A DNA stretch of 64,000 nucleotides from Azolla caroliniana (lineage: Eukaryota; Plantae; Polypodiophyta): NCBI GenBank assembly GCA_043228905.1, contig JBHGNT010000020.1:4960001-5024000 (forward strand), read 5' to 3'. Each line of letters begins with the position of its first letter. Position 1 is the stretch's first letter. This document shows, in pieces, positions 1 to 12,800 of the stretch. The notes below the pieces were generated by a model. The model had not been told where the DNA came from. It worked only from the letters and a program-made list of their open reading frames with translations, and made no database searches. The position numbers and the translations under genes were made by a program.

Positions 1-80
1 TAAATTACCAACTGCAGTGCATCTGTTAGAATGGTGTTATCTCAATGTGATATTGATAGAAAAAATACATGTGCATGCAG

Positions 81-477
81 GCAAGTCTCCATAGAAGAGG
101 GTGACGCAAAATCTAGAGAATTTGGAGTCATGTTCATTGAAACCAGTGCAAAGGCAGGGTTTAACATCAAGGTATGCATCTGCACCTTACGTAAATGTGC
201 ATGTCATCATTTGGTCTTTTATTTGGTATGAGTCTTTCTCCATCTTGGTATACTGTTAACCCTTCTAAAAATGGCATGCAATCACATGATCTATTTTGGT
301 ATCAATCATTCTCTTTTTTCTTACACTTGTATGTAGGCGTTGTTTCGTAAAATAGCTGCAGCTTTACCTGGGATGGAATCCCTCTCAACGAAACAAGAAG
401 ATATGGTGGATGTGAATCTCAAGTCTACAGCTGCTCACCTAAAGTCTGATAGCAAGCAAGGTGGATGTTCTTGCTAG
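81..477 (+). CDS. RABH1: Last two exons (81-171, 337-477) of a RabH/Rab6-class small GTPase; 5' part lies outside the window
   Basis: Spliced translation (R)[30 protein letters not shown]|[29 protein letters not shown]...GGCSC*. G5 motif ETSAK, CXC prenylation end, GT-AG intron 172-336. Confidence 0.93.
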
Positions 478-1239
478 GTCTGTCCACATTAATTCATGAA
501 TACACACTACTGAGAAGTTATGTGATGTCTCTCTGCCTATCTGTGAATGTCAGAATTCCATATTTAATTTTGGCTTCCATTAGAATAGTGTGAATCGGCG
601 ATCTTAAGACTCCGGTGGTCCTACTGATTAAATATGCACATCGGAAGTCATTGCATGTATTTCTGTTCTTTTTTCTTCTTTTTATGAAGTTGGAATAGCA
701 TGTTGAGCTATATTTACTTGGATTTTGGAAATTAAAACTGCGATTATTTGTTATACATCTTTAAAAAAAGAACCATTCCTTCCTAATTGCGTTTCCCTCA
801 CGTTATTAGCTTACATTGAAAAGATTGGATTATGGTAGCGTGCGATTTGTTCTGAAATGTGCACACTATGCAGCAGCTGTTTGGGTTTTCTGATGCAGAT
901 TTTCACATTACCTTGTTAACTGGATATGAAAATCAAGATTTATTTCAAGTTATTGATAATTTGGACGAAGAGGAATATTTTAATATAAACAACCACATGG
1001 GAAATTGGATGGTATTGAAAAACAAATTTCTTTCATCCAATTGTGTCCAAGATATGCAAATTTGGCCTGCAAAATGCATGTTAATGAAAATTTGGATGTG
1101 CATGTCAAGGAAAATAACGTCAGCAATGTGAAAGCTCATGAAGGTGGGCCGTGGATCACATTGATGTGTACACACTAACACATTCAAAATAGAAACTTGG
1201 GCCAAGCTAAATATTGAGTAGAATAAGAGAATATGTTGC

Positions 1240-1801
1240 CTTATCAACATGCCTTTAATTAGCTCGTCAATTGATGAATCTAATTCCTTTCCTTTTTCTC
1301 CTGTTGTAGTTGATTCTTGTGTTGGACTATTTTTGGCGACAATCTTCTTTGAGATTTCTGCGTCCTCCATTTGCAAGGAGTATAAGGCAAACTTTTAGGA
1401 GCTTGGCGTAGTTGGACAAAGGTCTAATTCTGCTTGTTTGATTCTCCAGAAGGATCGCTAGATATTTTGTAAATGATTTGCTTGTTGTTTGAACAAACAA
1501 ATCCACCTTTTCAGATTAAAGAAGCTCTTGATCCATCACTTAGACCTTGTTGTACTTATTTTGAAATTCTCTCAGTAATTCTGATATGGAGATTTTGTCC
1601 CTCCTTTCTCGGTCCATTAGAGAAAGGTTTTCTTTGTGACTCTAGTATGGTTGGCAAGCATATATTCATCTAACAAGGGTTGACGAAATCCAGTTCAATC
1701 TACTTGGAATCTTTCTTGAAATTCCACAACCTTTACTAGAATATCTAGAGTTACCACTTTGTTGAATTGTGCCACAACATGTAGCCTAGTTGCACCTTTC
1801 T
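1240..1801 (-). pseudogene. Degenerate gag fragment of a Ylt1-like gypsy, related to Y1 gag
   Basis: Interrupted translation (…LLDEYMLANHTRVTKKTFL*W…LREFQNKY…; …DSSIDELIKGM) parallels Y1 gag (LLEKYGLDDALRLSKRGFMEW…LLREFEERF…LEELTRAVK). Confidence 0.55.
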
Positions 1802-2900
1802 TGTTACTCCCCTTTGAAGAAACACACGGTCCGTTACTAAATCCCGAGTAACCAAATCAAGGTCTTGTAGTAGGAAGGAGGGGAAAGGTTTCGGGTTGTC
1901 TCGTCGACATTGTAGTTAGTCGGATTCGGGAAGCGGGGTAACTTTACACAAAGATTAAGTTGGTATCTCACACCGAGGATACCCCAATTGTTTTCCTTGG
2001 ACGACACTCGGGAATACAGACCAATCACTATAGGCCCAAAAGGAACGCAAGGTATGGTATTCTGTAGAATCGGCTACAACCAATGTGTGCATATGATTTC
2101 ACAGTAATAATCGATACACCATAGAGAACTTAAAGATCAAGATACAAAGTTCCCCACAAAGAATTATATTACTTATATAGAACTATCACAATAAAAATTG
2201 ATCGAGTGTCGGTTATGACTTTCTACGCTCTCAGAGACACTCACCTCTTTGTATGACCTCTCGTTCTATCAATACAACCCACCAACCCTCTCTATGACAC
2301 AACCCCTTATACAAGAATCCATGCTTCCTATTTATAAGAAGCATGATCGATTAAAAGAACGTGAAATAAAACGTTACTAATCATTAATTTTCATATGTTC
2401 CAGTTCTGCCACATTGTTTGTCTTTTCCCGATTTCGGTTGACTTGTGCTTAGCCTTCTGTCCCATTTCACACCTTTGGTTGTCCTACCTGACCAACACCT
2501 AACACGCTTGTGGGATAGTGCCTTGCACATGGAACCTACAAAAAAATTTCGCAAAAATCGAATTACAAAAATCAATTACTTATTCCTCATAAAAAATATG
2601 CAAGATGGCGCGGCTTTTGAGCTGAGTCATCTGAATCATTGTTGTCCTCGGTTGTTCGTTGTTTATTAGTTGCTCTTCCTCGGTTGGTTGTTGGCCGCGT
2701 GCTTCTGTTGATTCTTGTTTGGGTTGGGGCCTTTGCTCTGTTTGGCTTCCTTCTCAGCTTGGTTGTCGGCTCGCTCCTCCTCGACTTCAACTTGTGCTTT
2801 GTGCATCAATTCCTCCTCTTGTTCTTCCTTGGCTTCACGGTTTCTTCTGCTCCTCTTTGGTTCTTGGGCTTGGGCTTGGCCTGGATTTTGTCCTTTTCAT
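1802..2900 (-). mobile_element. G3: 3' end of a G1-family gypsy (3' LTR ~1802-2497, tRNA-like tract 2500-2539, tail of ORF2)
   Basis: TGTT...AACA termini. The minus-strand LTR starts TGTTGGTCAG (G1: TGTTGGCCGG). The preceding tract aligns with G1 28028-28067. Confidence 0.65.
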
Positions 2901-2904
2901 CGCA

Positions 2905-3687
2905 CCTAACTTGAACCTTTTTCGTTTGGGGGTTATAACACTTACAACCCTTATGCTCGTCCGAGTAGCTGACCAAGATACATTTCTCGGCTTTGGCATC
3001 AAGCGTCCTTCGCTTCTCCTTTGGCACATGCACATATGCTATGTTGTCGAACACCCTCAAGTGTGCCAGATTCAGCTTCTTCCCAAAGGAGAGCTTGTGT
3101 AGTTCTACATGGCTGAGGCGGTCAAGCCAGCTGTTTACCTACAGAATCGAACATCTACACATGCAGGATTGGGCACGCTCTTCTCTTCTAGCATTGCCCT
3201 AGATGCTTCCTCAATTGACCAGTTCTTCCTTTTGGCTACACCATTCTACTCCGGCGTATATCTGCAGGAGAATTCACGGCGAATTCCCTCCTTTTGCAGA
3301 TTGCTTGAGAACTGGTCTAAAAAGTACTCTTTCCCGCCATCGGACCTTAGGCACTTGATTTTTTTGGTAGTCTCCCATTCGACCAGGCTTCTCACCTTCT
3401 AAAAATAAGAGAAGACTTCGCTTTTCTTATCGATCAAGCACGCCCAAGTGTGCCAAGTGTAGTCATCGATCAAATTGAGCTGTTTCGGCTTTGATTACGC
3501 TCATTGGGGAATGGAAGCTAGTGTTGCTTTCCTAACTGGCAAGCTTTGTAGACTTGGCCCTTTCGGACACTAAATGTGGGCAAGTTGAAAACGATGTTCT
3601 TCGTCTGCATTTCTTGAAGCCGCGGGAAGTTGACATGGCCGATCAACTTGTGCCACATGTTGATGTCTAACTTGACCTTTTGCCCTT
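2905..3687 (-). pseudogene. Ty1/copia GAG-pre-integrase/integrase fragment
   Basis: WHKLIGHVNFPRLQ…KACQLGKQH and AYVHVPKEKRRTLDAKAEKCILVSYSDEHKGCKCYNP, with stops and deletions. Confidence 0.85.
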
Positions 3688-4050
3688 TGTTAAAGTTAAT
3701 GTGTAGAAGCTTTGACAAAACCGGTTACACCGGATAGCAACAGAGAATAAACACTGGTTTAATGGAAGCTTAGAATACACAGTTCATGGGAGAGACAGAG
3801 AGAGTAGAATAGAATGAACTCAATTCAAAATAATAACGCTCTGTACATACAATGTGCTCAGTGAGCACTTTTATACAAGTCCTTAAAAAGGATTGATAGA
3901 AGTCCTGACAAGTACTTCAATGCTCATACGAGCGACTAACACTGACTCCTAAAAATATACCTACATACTAGGCTAGATTCGTAGGCCTCTAATGGTTTGG
4001 CCTACTAGTTACAATCTGATCCAGCTCTTGGTTTCGGATACCATCCGGAT
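3688..4050 (-). mobile_element. Truncated copia LTR (C3-like)
   Basis: Starts TGTTAAAGTT and aligns with C3 LTR 37399-37848 (GGTTTAATGGAAGCTT, GAGCACTTTTATACAAGTCC). Confidence 0.7.
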
Positions 4051-4686
4051 GTTAACTGTTTCTGGGGGAAACACCTTCGATGAGCCCACAGGCTATCGGT
4101 ATCAAGGGGTCGTGTTACGTGGAAGCCTCTCTTGCACCGAGAAGACGTTATGGGAACGAGGAGCGTACACGGGCTACAATCCGTTATACATAGATGTAGC
4201 TCGGTTTACGAGTACGGGGAGACTACACATATGAAGGAACGGTAAGAGCGAGACTTATATTAAATGAGTAAGCTCACAATGATTACAGTACACGGTTCTT
4301 GGCCGGAACAGTTTGTGTAGAGCTCCGTGCTACGATATTAATCTTGCTAAATAATCTAGATATCCCCCCCCTTTGAGGTATGCAGATCTCGGTTTATATA
4401 GTTCTCTTCTTTAGACAGAGCCGAGCCATCGGTTGATTGTGAGGGCTAAAAACTCGACTTATTCTAGTTCTACCTATTTCCGCACCTACTTTTCTACCTA
4501 CCGACGAGTTTACATATTATTTATTTATATTTCTGGCCTATGGACAACACCTGGCATGCCCGTGGGACAGGACTTTGTCCGTCGGACCCACGATTCACAA
4601 TGTGGAGGGATAACCACAGATTTTGCAAAAACAAAAAAGTTTACAAAAGTTGCCCGTTTATACAAGGGCTTATGGGTTTGGTCTGG

Positions 4687-7672
4687 CTACTCGGAAGGTG
4701 GGGTTGGTGATGGGGGTTTTGCTGCCAAGTTGGGGATGGTTGTGTCTTCGCGTGTGTCACTCTCTGTTGGTTCCGATTCAGGTAGGGTCGTGGTCGTAGT
4801 TTGTGGCTCGGTTGTGATGTGGGGATCTGTAGGGGCGGATTCCTCCTGTCTAGCTTCCGTGGTGGGTGGCTCGGGTTCGTGCTCATCGGTCGTGGGAGCT
4901 CTGTTAGTCAGGGTAGCTAGGCGTTCCTCCTCGTAAGCTTCGGCTTCTAAACGGAACATCATTTGATCGTCGTTGAATTCCTCTAGAAGTTGCTCGATGG
5001 CCGCGGTGTGGGATGCTGCTAAGATATGATATTCCTCAATCAAGTCTTCACGGAGGGTCTGGATGCTACTGTCATCCATCTTGTAAAACCCTTGACGCTC
5101 CTTCCTTTGGTTCTCGGCGTCTGTGCGTAATATGTGTAGTTCAGCAGCTTGGGCTGACCATTCCTGCCGTACACGGTCGAGCGTTTCCTCGATCTTCTTG
5201 GTGAATTGCTGGCAATACTTGTTGATTAGGATCTTTATTTTAGTATCGTCCATGCCGATGCTAGCTCGGTGAACTTCCACTTCCTCCCTTGCGTCCTTGG
5301 CGTCTTCTTGGCATTTGCGGATGAGGAGCGCCATAGTAGCTTGGTTATCTTTTGCTTTTGCGGTTATGAGCACGATTGTCTGCTCGTAACGTTTGGTGAG
5401 CTGAGCTACAGTTTCGTCCATTTCCTGTCTCCAAGCGTCCTGTTGTCGTTCCCTAGCGGCGATGTCCTCTGTTTGCAACTGGTGATAAGCATCAAAAATT
5501 TTCTCCCTTTGCTCTTCAGAGATCCTCCACTTTTGCATGTGTTCGTTTGCCAATTCTTGTAATGCCCTTTGTTGATGGCGTAATTCCTGGTTGTCTACGA
5601 ATAGCTCGCGTTCCCGTTGGCTATTCCTCTCTGTTTCTTTGAGGAATCGTTCTTTGGCCTCGGTGATAGAGACCTGAAGGTTCATCACCTCTCTTTCTTG
5701 TCCTTTGAGTGCGGCCGAGCTTTCAGCAAGCAGTCGCTTGAGGTCAACTTCATGGCCCGTGGCTTGTTCCCGTAGTTGGCCAATAATGTTATTGTGGTTT
5801 TGTTCTGCTAACTCAGCCAGAGTGATCTGGGCCTTAAGCTCCTCCTGGTAGTCACGGAGGGGAGGCCATGTCTGGGTTGCAGCTTGTTGGTTCCGGGGAG
5901 TGGGTTCCCTGTCCATCTGTGTAGATCTTTCCATGACGACAGGTGGTGGTGGCGTTTGTGTGGAAGCGTGGCTGGTTTGGGGGTGCGGGCTTTTATCTGC
6001 CAGTGACGATGTCTCGCTTGTCTGTACCGAATCCGTCATTGTGCTTGTAACGACCGTGGCTACCCTGGGGTGAGTTGTGTCATCGTTGTGTGCTTCGGTA
6101 ACATTAGCACTTAGGCTCGGGTTCAGCGGAGGGGCTGGTAGGACATCGTTACTCGGGGCAAGGAGGGTTAAGGGTGGTTGTTCTTGATGTTGCTGCTCTA
6201 ATGACGCCAGTTTCTGCTCGGCGGCTTGCCATAGCTCGGTGGCCCGTTTGGCCTGCTGATGTGTTGTTTCGATACGTCGGGCCATGTCCTTGGCTGCCCG
6301 AGTTGTGTGGTGCAGATTTTGATATGCCTCAACTAAGGTCGTGTTCAGATCTGGTAACTCCATGAGGAGAGAAGCATTCTGTGCTTGCTTCTTCTGCCCT
6401 ATCTTTTGTAAGTCTCGATCCTCGTGCTGTTAGATTTCTCCCATTAGGGCGCTTTGGATCATCTTGGTTTCTGCATGCTCCTCAGCCATACGAGTGTCGG
6501 CAGCTACTTGGGCACGCGCGAGGAAATCCATTAACTCATATGTTGTGCCTAGTCGAAGTAGTGCACTGAACTCGTATGCCTCTATGAGGAGGTCTTTGTA
6601 ACCGAGGACTTCCTCCTCTGATATCTGCGTTGTTTGTCCATGCTCGATCCTACCTACTTAGAGCCATGACTCTACGGGTACCATGGCCGTGGAGGTCGGG
6701 CTAGCCTCCTTTGCTTTCTGATGTTGGGTCCCCTCCGGTTCCGTGGTCGACTGGCGATTGATGCGTCGTCTTGTTTTCGGTTGATCCTATGAGTCTGGGG
6801 CCTGTGGTGTTGGCTCCTCGGCTTGTTTCCTCTTTTGTTGTCGTATGCCCAAGGGTTGCTGGTTTGTGGGGCGTGGGCTCGGTTGTGGAAAAGGCATCAA
6901 CGTCCTTGGTGTCTTTTGTCGTATGGTGACATCCTCAGTGACGGGCTCCTCGGCCTCGTCCCATTCAACACGGGTCACTGGTAATGCCCGTTGCTTCTGT
7001 GTTTTTTGTGGGGGTGGTGCCGAGGTGGGAGTAGGATTCCGAACGGCCGAGGGAGGTGAAGAAGGCGGGATCTTCCCATTCTTCCTAGGTTAACGCCAAA
7101 ATTTTCTCCCGTTGTTTCCATGGTGGTGGTGGAGAGGTAAGGATGCGATGAGGGGAAAACAGAGGTGGGTAGAGGACTGTGAGGTAATGATTCATCACAG
7201 ATAACAATCGCTTACCGATTTGAAAAGATTCTAGCGCTGCACAGACTCCTTCACTAGTGATGATTCCCCAATCGATTTTGTCGCCTTCGTACGTTTTGAT
7301 GATGATGGTAGCTTTATTCTGTGGCATACTCGTGGGATTTGTATGCACAAAGGTGTATTCCATCAAAATCCGGGCGATCTCCCCAAAAGCCTTGTTTGGT
7401 CCTCCGTAACTGCGGTAGGCTTTTCCCGACATCGAATACATCCCAAAATATTCCTTGAGGGTCAAGTGGGGAGGAATTTCGACCTCATGGTCTCCACCTC
7501 ACGCAAGGTCCAGAGCAGCGCGAATCATGTTGTCGGTTACTGTGTCAGGGTGGATTCTGCGTGCTATTGCTTGGGCGTTAGGGTGCGCTAGGGCATCGAT
7601 GACTCGTACGTACCCGCCCAGTCCTCGTTGTTGTAGCCAATAACGGGTTTCCTGTGATGCTACGAGAGGCAT
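4687..7672 (-). pseudogene. G2 extra 3' ORF2 (disrupted): conserved N-domain plus long coiled coil
   Basis: ORFs 7499-7765, 7085-7465 and 4687-6363 align with G1 ORF2 (EYFG.YS...KAYR..GG.N..FGE.AR..MEY; EWS.QAAEL..LR.DAEN.....FYKMD). Confidence 0.85.
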
Positions 7673-8442
7673 GGTGGACTCGAAGGTTTGCTGACAGGGG
7701 CGTGGGGGGAAGCGATAAGACGAGGGCGATACACAGAGATGGAAGAAGATGGTTGGGGAGGACACCGTTGTTCTGTGCAGGGGCTACAAGGGCGAGAGGA
7801 GGCCTGTTTGTAGGAGCGATGAGAACGCAAGAGAGCTTGGGAGCTTGAAGGTGGTGAAGGCAAGAACGCTTATGTGTGAGTGCGCGCATTGTGTGTGGGG
7901 TAGTTTCTTTTATGTGACTGCCTAGGGTTTTGTGCAAGGAGGAGATCCTTTAGATTCTTGGTTGTGGCTACCATAATAAGGTCTTATGGCCATGCATCAC
8001 AAGAGTGCTATGTTTGGTGTGCATGTTCCTTAACTATTCTACTTTAAGGTGAAGGTGACTAGTTGGTGTGCCTAAGAAAATGTTGTTATTTGGGGTGATT
8101 TGTTAGGTAGTTTAGGTAAGGCTAATTTAAATGCTAAAACTCTTCCTACTATATACATTTGGTGGGTAGGTCATTGTTTTACCAATGGGGACACGTGGCC
8201 TCCTTCGTGGCGTCGTCCGTTAACTGGTCCATGCCGTGGGACTCGGCAAAGGGATTATATGGGGTATCTCCGAGGTAAGCTCGAAGTCGGAATCCATTTA
8301 TCCAGCTTTTGACGATGTCTCCGGCAAGTGTGCTGAGTTGGAATGTGCCATTAAACTTGTCAATTATCCAGAAGGGGCTTGTCCATCGAAATCGTAATTT
8401 CCCCAGCATAGCACCAAGTCATGTTTGGAAGACCAGTACCGG

Positions 8443-9237
8443 TGTCGCGAAGTTTCGCGAGTACGTGTAGATCCTAGGCGGGACCACAGGGGTCTTGGAC
8501 TAGGGAGAAGAGGAGAAAGGTTAAGACAACGAATGGAAGATTAGCTCAAGAGGAGAAGAGAACGAATACGAAATTATGATAGAAGAAGAAGAAGAAGATG
8601 CAATCAAGATACTCAACAAGAAGTTCTATTAAGAAATGAATGATTACAATAATCGTGGCCGCATAGGCCGCACCCCCCCCCCCCCCCCCCCACGATATAT
8701 GAAAACGTAAGCGAATTAGTAGGAAGAATAAGAAATAAGAAAACCCTAAGCGAACTCTAACCCTAAAACGAAATGGGAAGAAGGAGGACCCTAGACTAAG
8801 TGGTATACCTCACTCACACTCAAAATTAGGCAACCCCTTCAAATGTGACCCCTCACTCCCCTTTATAGATGTAAGGGGTGAGGCCCAATACAAGATGAGT
8901 GGTCAAATTCCCCCTTCTCCTTTTCAAAGGAGAATATTTTATCTCAATCTTGAGACTGTCAACCATAACTCTCACTCACCTAGCCGTCCTATTCAATGCC
9001 CATCACTCCTACACTCTTGTTCCTTATGTATCTCTCCCTAGTCTACAAGTGCACATCACATTTACTCTCCACAAATTCCGTGGTGCCCCTTTGGCACCTT
9101 ACATTATTACCCTTCCCTTACATTTTGGCTATCTTATTCTTATTACACAAATATACAAGTGCATGTGCACATGTTGCACACCACCGATTTGCCCTTTCTA
9201 TCCCGGTTTCACACCGTGGCCGGAAATCTTCACGACA
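8443..9237 (-). mobile_element. Solo LTR of a Y1-related (Ylt1-like) gypsy, 4-bp TSD CCGG
   Basis: TGTCGCG...CTTCACGACA, the same termini as the Y1 LTR. CCGG at 8439-8442 and 9238-9241. Removing it restores integrase GKPVLVFQT. Confidence 0.88.
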
Positions 9238-9824
9238 CCGGTTTGCCGATGGTAAGTGTTTTCTCCGTACCTTTCCGGTGATGATAAACGAAGGCTTTGC
9301 ATTGCCGTTGGCATTGTTCCAATTGAGCCATGCTGGCCACTTGATGTTCGTCAAGTTCGAGGAGTTGTTCGAGCCGATATTGCTCTGATTGGGCCTCGAG
9401 TAGCCTTTACCTGAACTCGGAGACTCAGAACTTGGAACTTGAAAAGAATGGCGTGCGGAAGCAATATAGGAAAACCGAACAACAGAAAACGCAGGTTTAA
9501 TGGAAAGCTTAGGTTTTCACAGTACGCACAGGAGAGACAAAGAGAGAGTAACACAAGAACTCAAATTCAAAAATAATACTCAATCTGTACATAGGATGTG
9601 CTCAGTGAGCACTTTTATACAAGCCCTGACAACGGCTGACACAAGTACTGACAGTACTTGACTGCTCATAAATGAGCCTCGACACTTACTCCCAAAACTA
9701 TTCCTTACGAGGAATATCTTTCTAATGGCCTTTCGGTCTACGCACCGGTCTGCGTACCGGTTTTATGCACCCAATCTACGCACTGGTTACGCATCGTATT
9801 ACACACAAATGTTGAGCTTGTCTC

Positions 9825-12800
9825 TCAACACTCTCCCTCAAGCTCAACTTGAGGTTCCGCCTGCTCTGTCGGACCTACGCTCCGGCTTCTCCTAGCTCCA
9901 CGCCTCGCTCGCGCTCCTCGGCCTATTCGACTCCGAGCGCTTCGACCCTTCTGGTCGGCTTGTCTGCTCCCACGGCCCTTCACAGGTCCCTTGCTGTCGC
10001 GGTGTTGGCGCTTCTCCTGCTGCCTTCTTTCCCGCTTGGCCCTCAATTGATTCAGTGTATCTGAATCAAACATCCGAACTGACTCGGCTACCTCCGATCG
10101 GTTTTCGCTCTCATCCGAGTTGGCTATCTCCAACTCGTCTCTGGTCTTCTCGCCCTTGACGGCATCACCTCCCCCATGCCTGGTTGACTTTGGCTCTTTC
10201 TTTCGGCTACTCCCCTTGTGTCCGCTTTCGGACTCTTCCGCGGATCCGCTCTCGGCTCCTTCAGCCAATCCGAGGTCTTTTCCGCTCCTTTCCTACTCCC
10301 TTTCATGGTCATCTGGGACATTTCTCCCCCTCAAGTTCAGCACGTCCAAATGACGCAACCGAAGCGCACCCGAAAATTGCCGCAACTTGTCTAGACCAAG
10401 AGGCTTCGTGAAGATGTCGGCGATCTGCCGATCCGTCGGAACATATTGAAATTCGACTTCACTAGAAAGGACACGCTCACGGACAAAATGGTAGTGCACT
10501 TCAATGTGCTTGGTCCGTGCGTGGAAGACGGGGTTCTTCACGAGTTGGATGCTGCTGAGGTTGTCGCAGTAGATCTTCGTTGGATCGGACACCTCCACCT
10601 GCAGATCCTTAAGTAGCCGCTTCAACCATATGGCTTCGCATGTTGCGACAGCCGCTCCTCTATACTCGGCTTCGGTGCTTAACACTGCAACTATCGGTTG
10701 TTTCTTGCAACTCCACGCTATCGCGGCACTCCCAAGAGAGAACGCATGTCAAGACGTGGATCGGCGATCGGCGACATTGCCGGCCCAGTCGGCATCAGTG
10801 TAGCCGACCAACTGCGGGGCTGTATCGGTCCGATATAGCAGTCCGCGGTCCTTAGTGCCGCTTACGTACTGCAGTACGCGTTGCGCACACTGAATGTGCT
10901 CCTCGGTAGGTCGCGCCATGAACTGACTGATCACCCCGACCGGATAACTGAGATCGGGTCGGGTGATTGTCAAGTAGATAAGGCTTCCGACAACTTGTCG
11001 GAACCTTGTTGGATCGCAAACCTTGCCGGAATTGGGGCGAAGCTTGACAGTTCTATCCAGAGGAATCGAGACGGACTTACAGTCTGCCATCCCGAATTTG
11101 AAGAGCATATTCAGCGCGTAATGACATTGGCTGATTAGTATGCCTTCGGGGGTGCGGATCACTTCGATCCCAAGGAAGTAATGAAAGTCCCCCAGATCCT
11201 TCATGTCGAATAATGCCGGAAGTTGGAGCTTCACGCGGTTGTTCTCACCTAGGTCGGCGCCGATGATGACCAAGTCATCAACATAGAGTAAAATACTGAC
11301 CAGCCCGAGTCGACCTTTCCGAATGAACAACGAGGAGTTCGATTTTGACGTCGCAAAGCCCATCCGACGCAGTCGATGCGTGATTTTCGCATTCCAGGCA
11401 CGCGGGGCTTGCTTCAGTCTGTAAAGGGACTTCTTCAATCGGCATACTGCCAACGTGTTCGGTCCGGAGTGAAATCCAGGGGGTTGTACCATGTACAGTT
11501 GGTCCTCAAGCTCACCTTGCAGGAATGCATTCTTTACATCCATCTGATGGAGGTGCCACCCTTTGGCCGCGGCTACTGCGAACAAAACACGGACGGTCGT
11601 CATCTTTGCGACCGGCGTGAACGTCTCATCGTAGTCGATGCCGTGTTTCTGCGCGTAGCCTTTTGCCACTAACCGGGCCTTGTATCGGTTAACTGAGCCG
11701 TCGGTGTTGTACTTGACCTTGTACACCCACCTACATCTGATCGGCTTCACACCCTTCAGTGCGTCAACCAGGTCCCAGGTCTCGTTTTCCGCCAATGCGT
11801 GCATCTCTTCCTCCATCGCGGCGCGCCAATTCGCGTCCTTTGCCGCTTCTGCGTAGCTCCCCGGCTCACGCACTTCCGCTACACGGGTCATGTACGCATA
11901 GTGATGCACCATGCACTCGTTGTATCCAAACCGCACAACTGGGTTCTTTTGGCGGGTAAATCGGCGTAATTGGTTATTAGCTGATGTCGAGGTCTTCTCG
12001 GCCGACGTGGACTTCGTTCCTGAAGGCCCGTCACCGCTTCCCTTGGAGTCGGACACGCGTCCGATTGACTCGTTCCTATCCGTGCCGGAATGCGACACCT
12101 TCTTCTTCCCTTTCTCTTCGCGCGTAAGCCGTCTCCTCAGCTTCCTACGCGGGGAATGCACGGCCGAGTCTCTACTACTCGCCGTCTCTTCATCGAACTG
12201 GTCGTACTGACTCAATCGTCCATTCGATCCACTTAACCGAACCGAAATCAGACTCTCTTCGGGGGTCCCAATTTCAAGCTCAACCAGAGGAACCTCGGCC
12301 TCGCTGTCCTCATCGTCAGAACTCAGATTGGAGGTGAGGTCCAGAGTCGGAGGCAAGTACCAGGACGCGGACTCATCAAACACAACGTCGCGGCTCACGC
12401 GCGGGCGGTTGTTTGGTACGCGGGTTATAGCACTTATAATCCTTCTGCTCGTCCGAATAGCCGACCAAGATACACTTCTCGGCTTTTGCGTCCAACTTCC
12501 TCCTTTTCTCCTTCGGCACATGTACATATGCAATGCTACCGAAAACTCGTAAGTATCGCAAGTTCGGCTTTGTTCCAAAGTATAGCTCGTACGCCGACAC
12601 TTTTTCTCCGATCCGGTTTTGGATGTATACTGCAGTTCTTACCACCTCGGCCCAATAGAACTTGGGCAACCTCTTCTCCTCCAGCATTGCGCGTGCAACT
12701 TCCACAACTGACCAATTTTTTCTCTCGGCCATGCCATTTTGCTCCGGCATGTATCTACAACTGAATTCGCGCTGAATTCCCATCTGTTGTAGATAACTGT

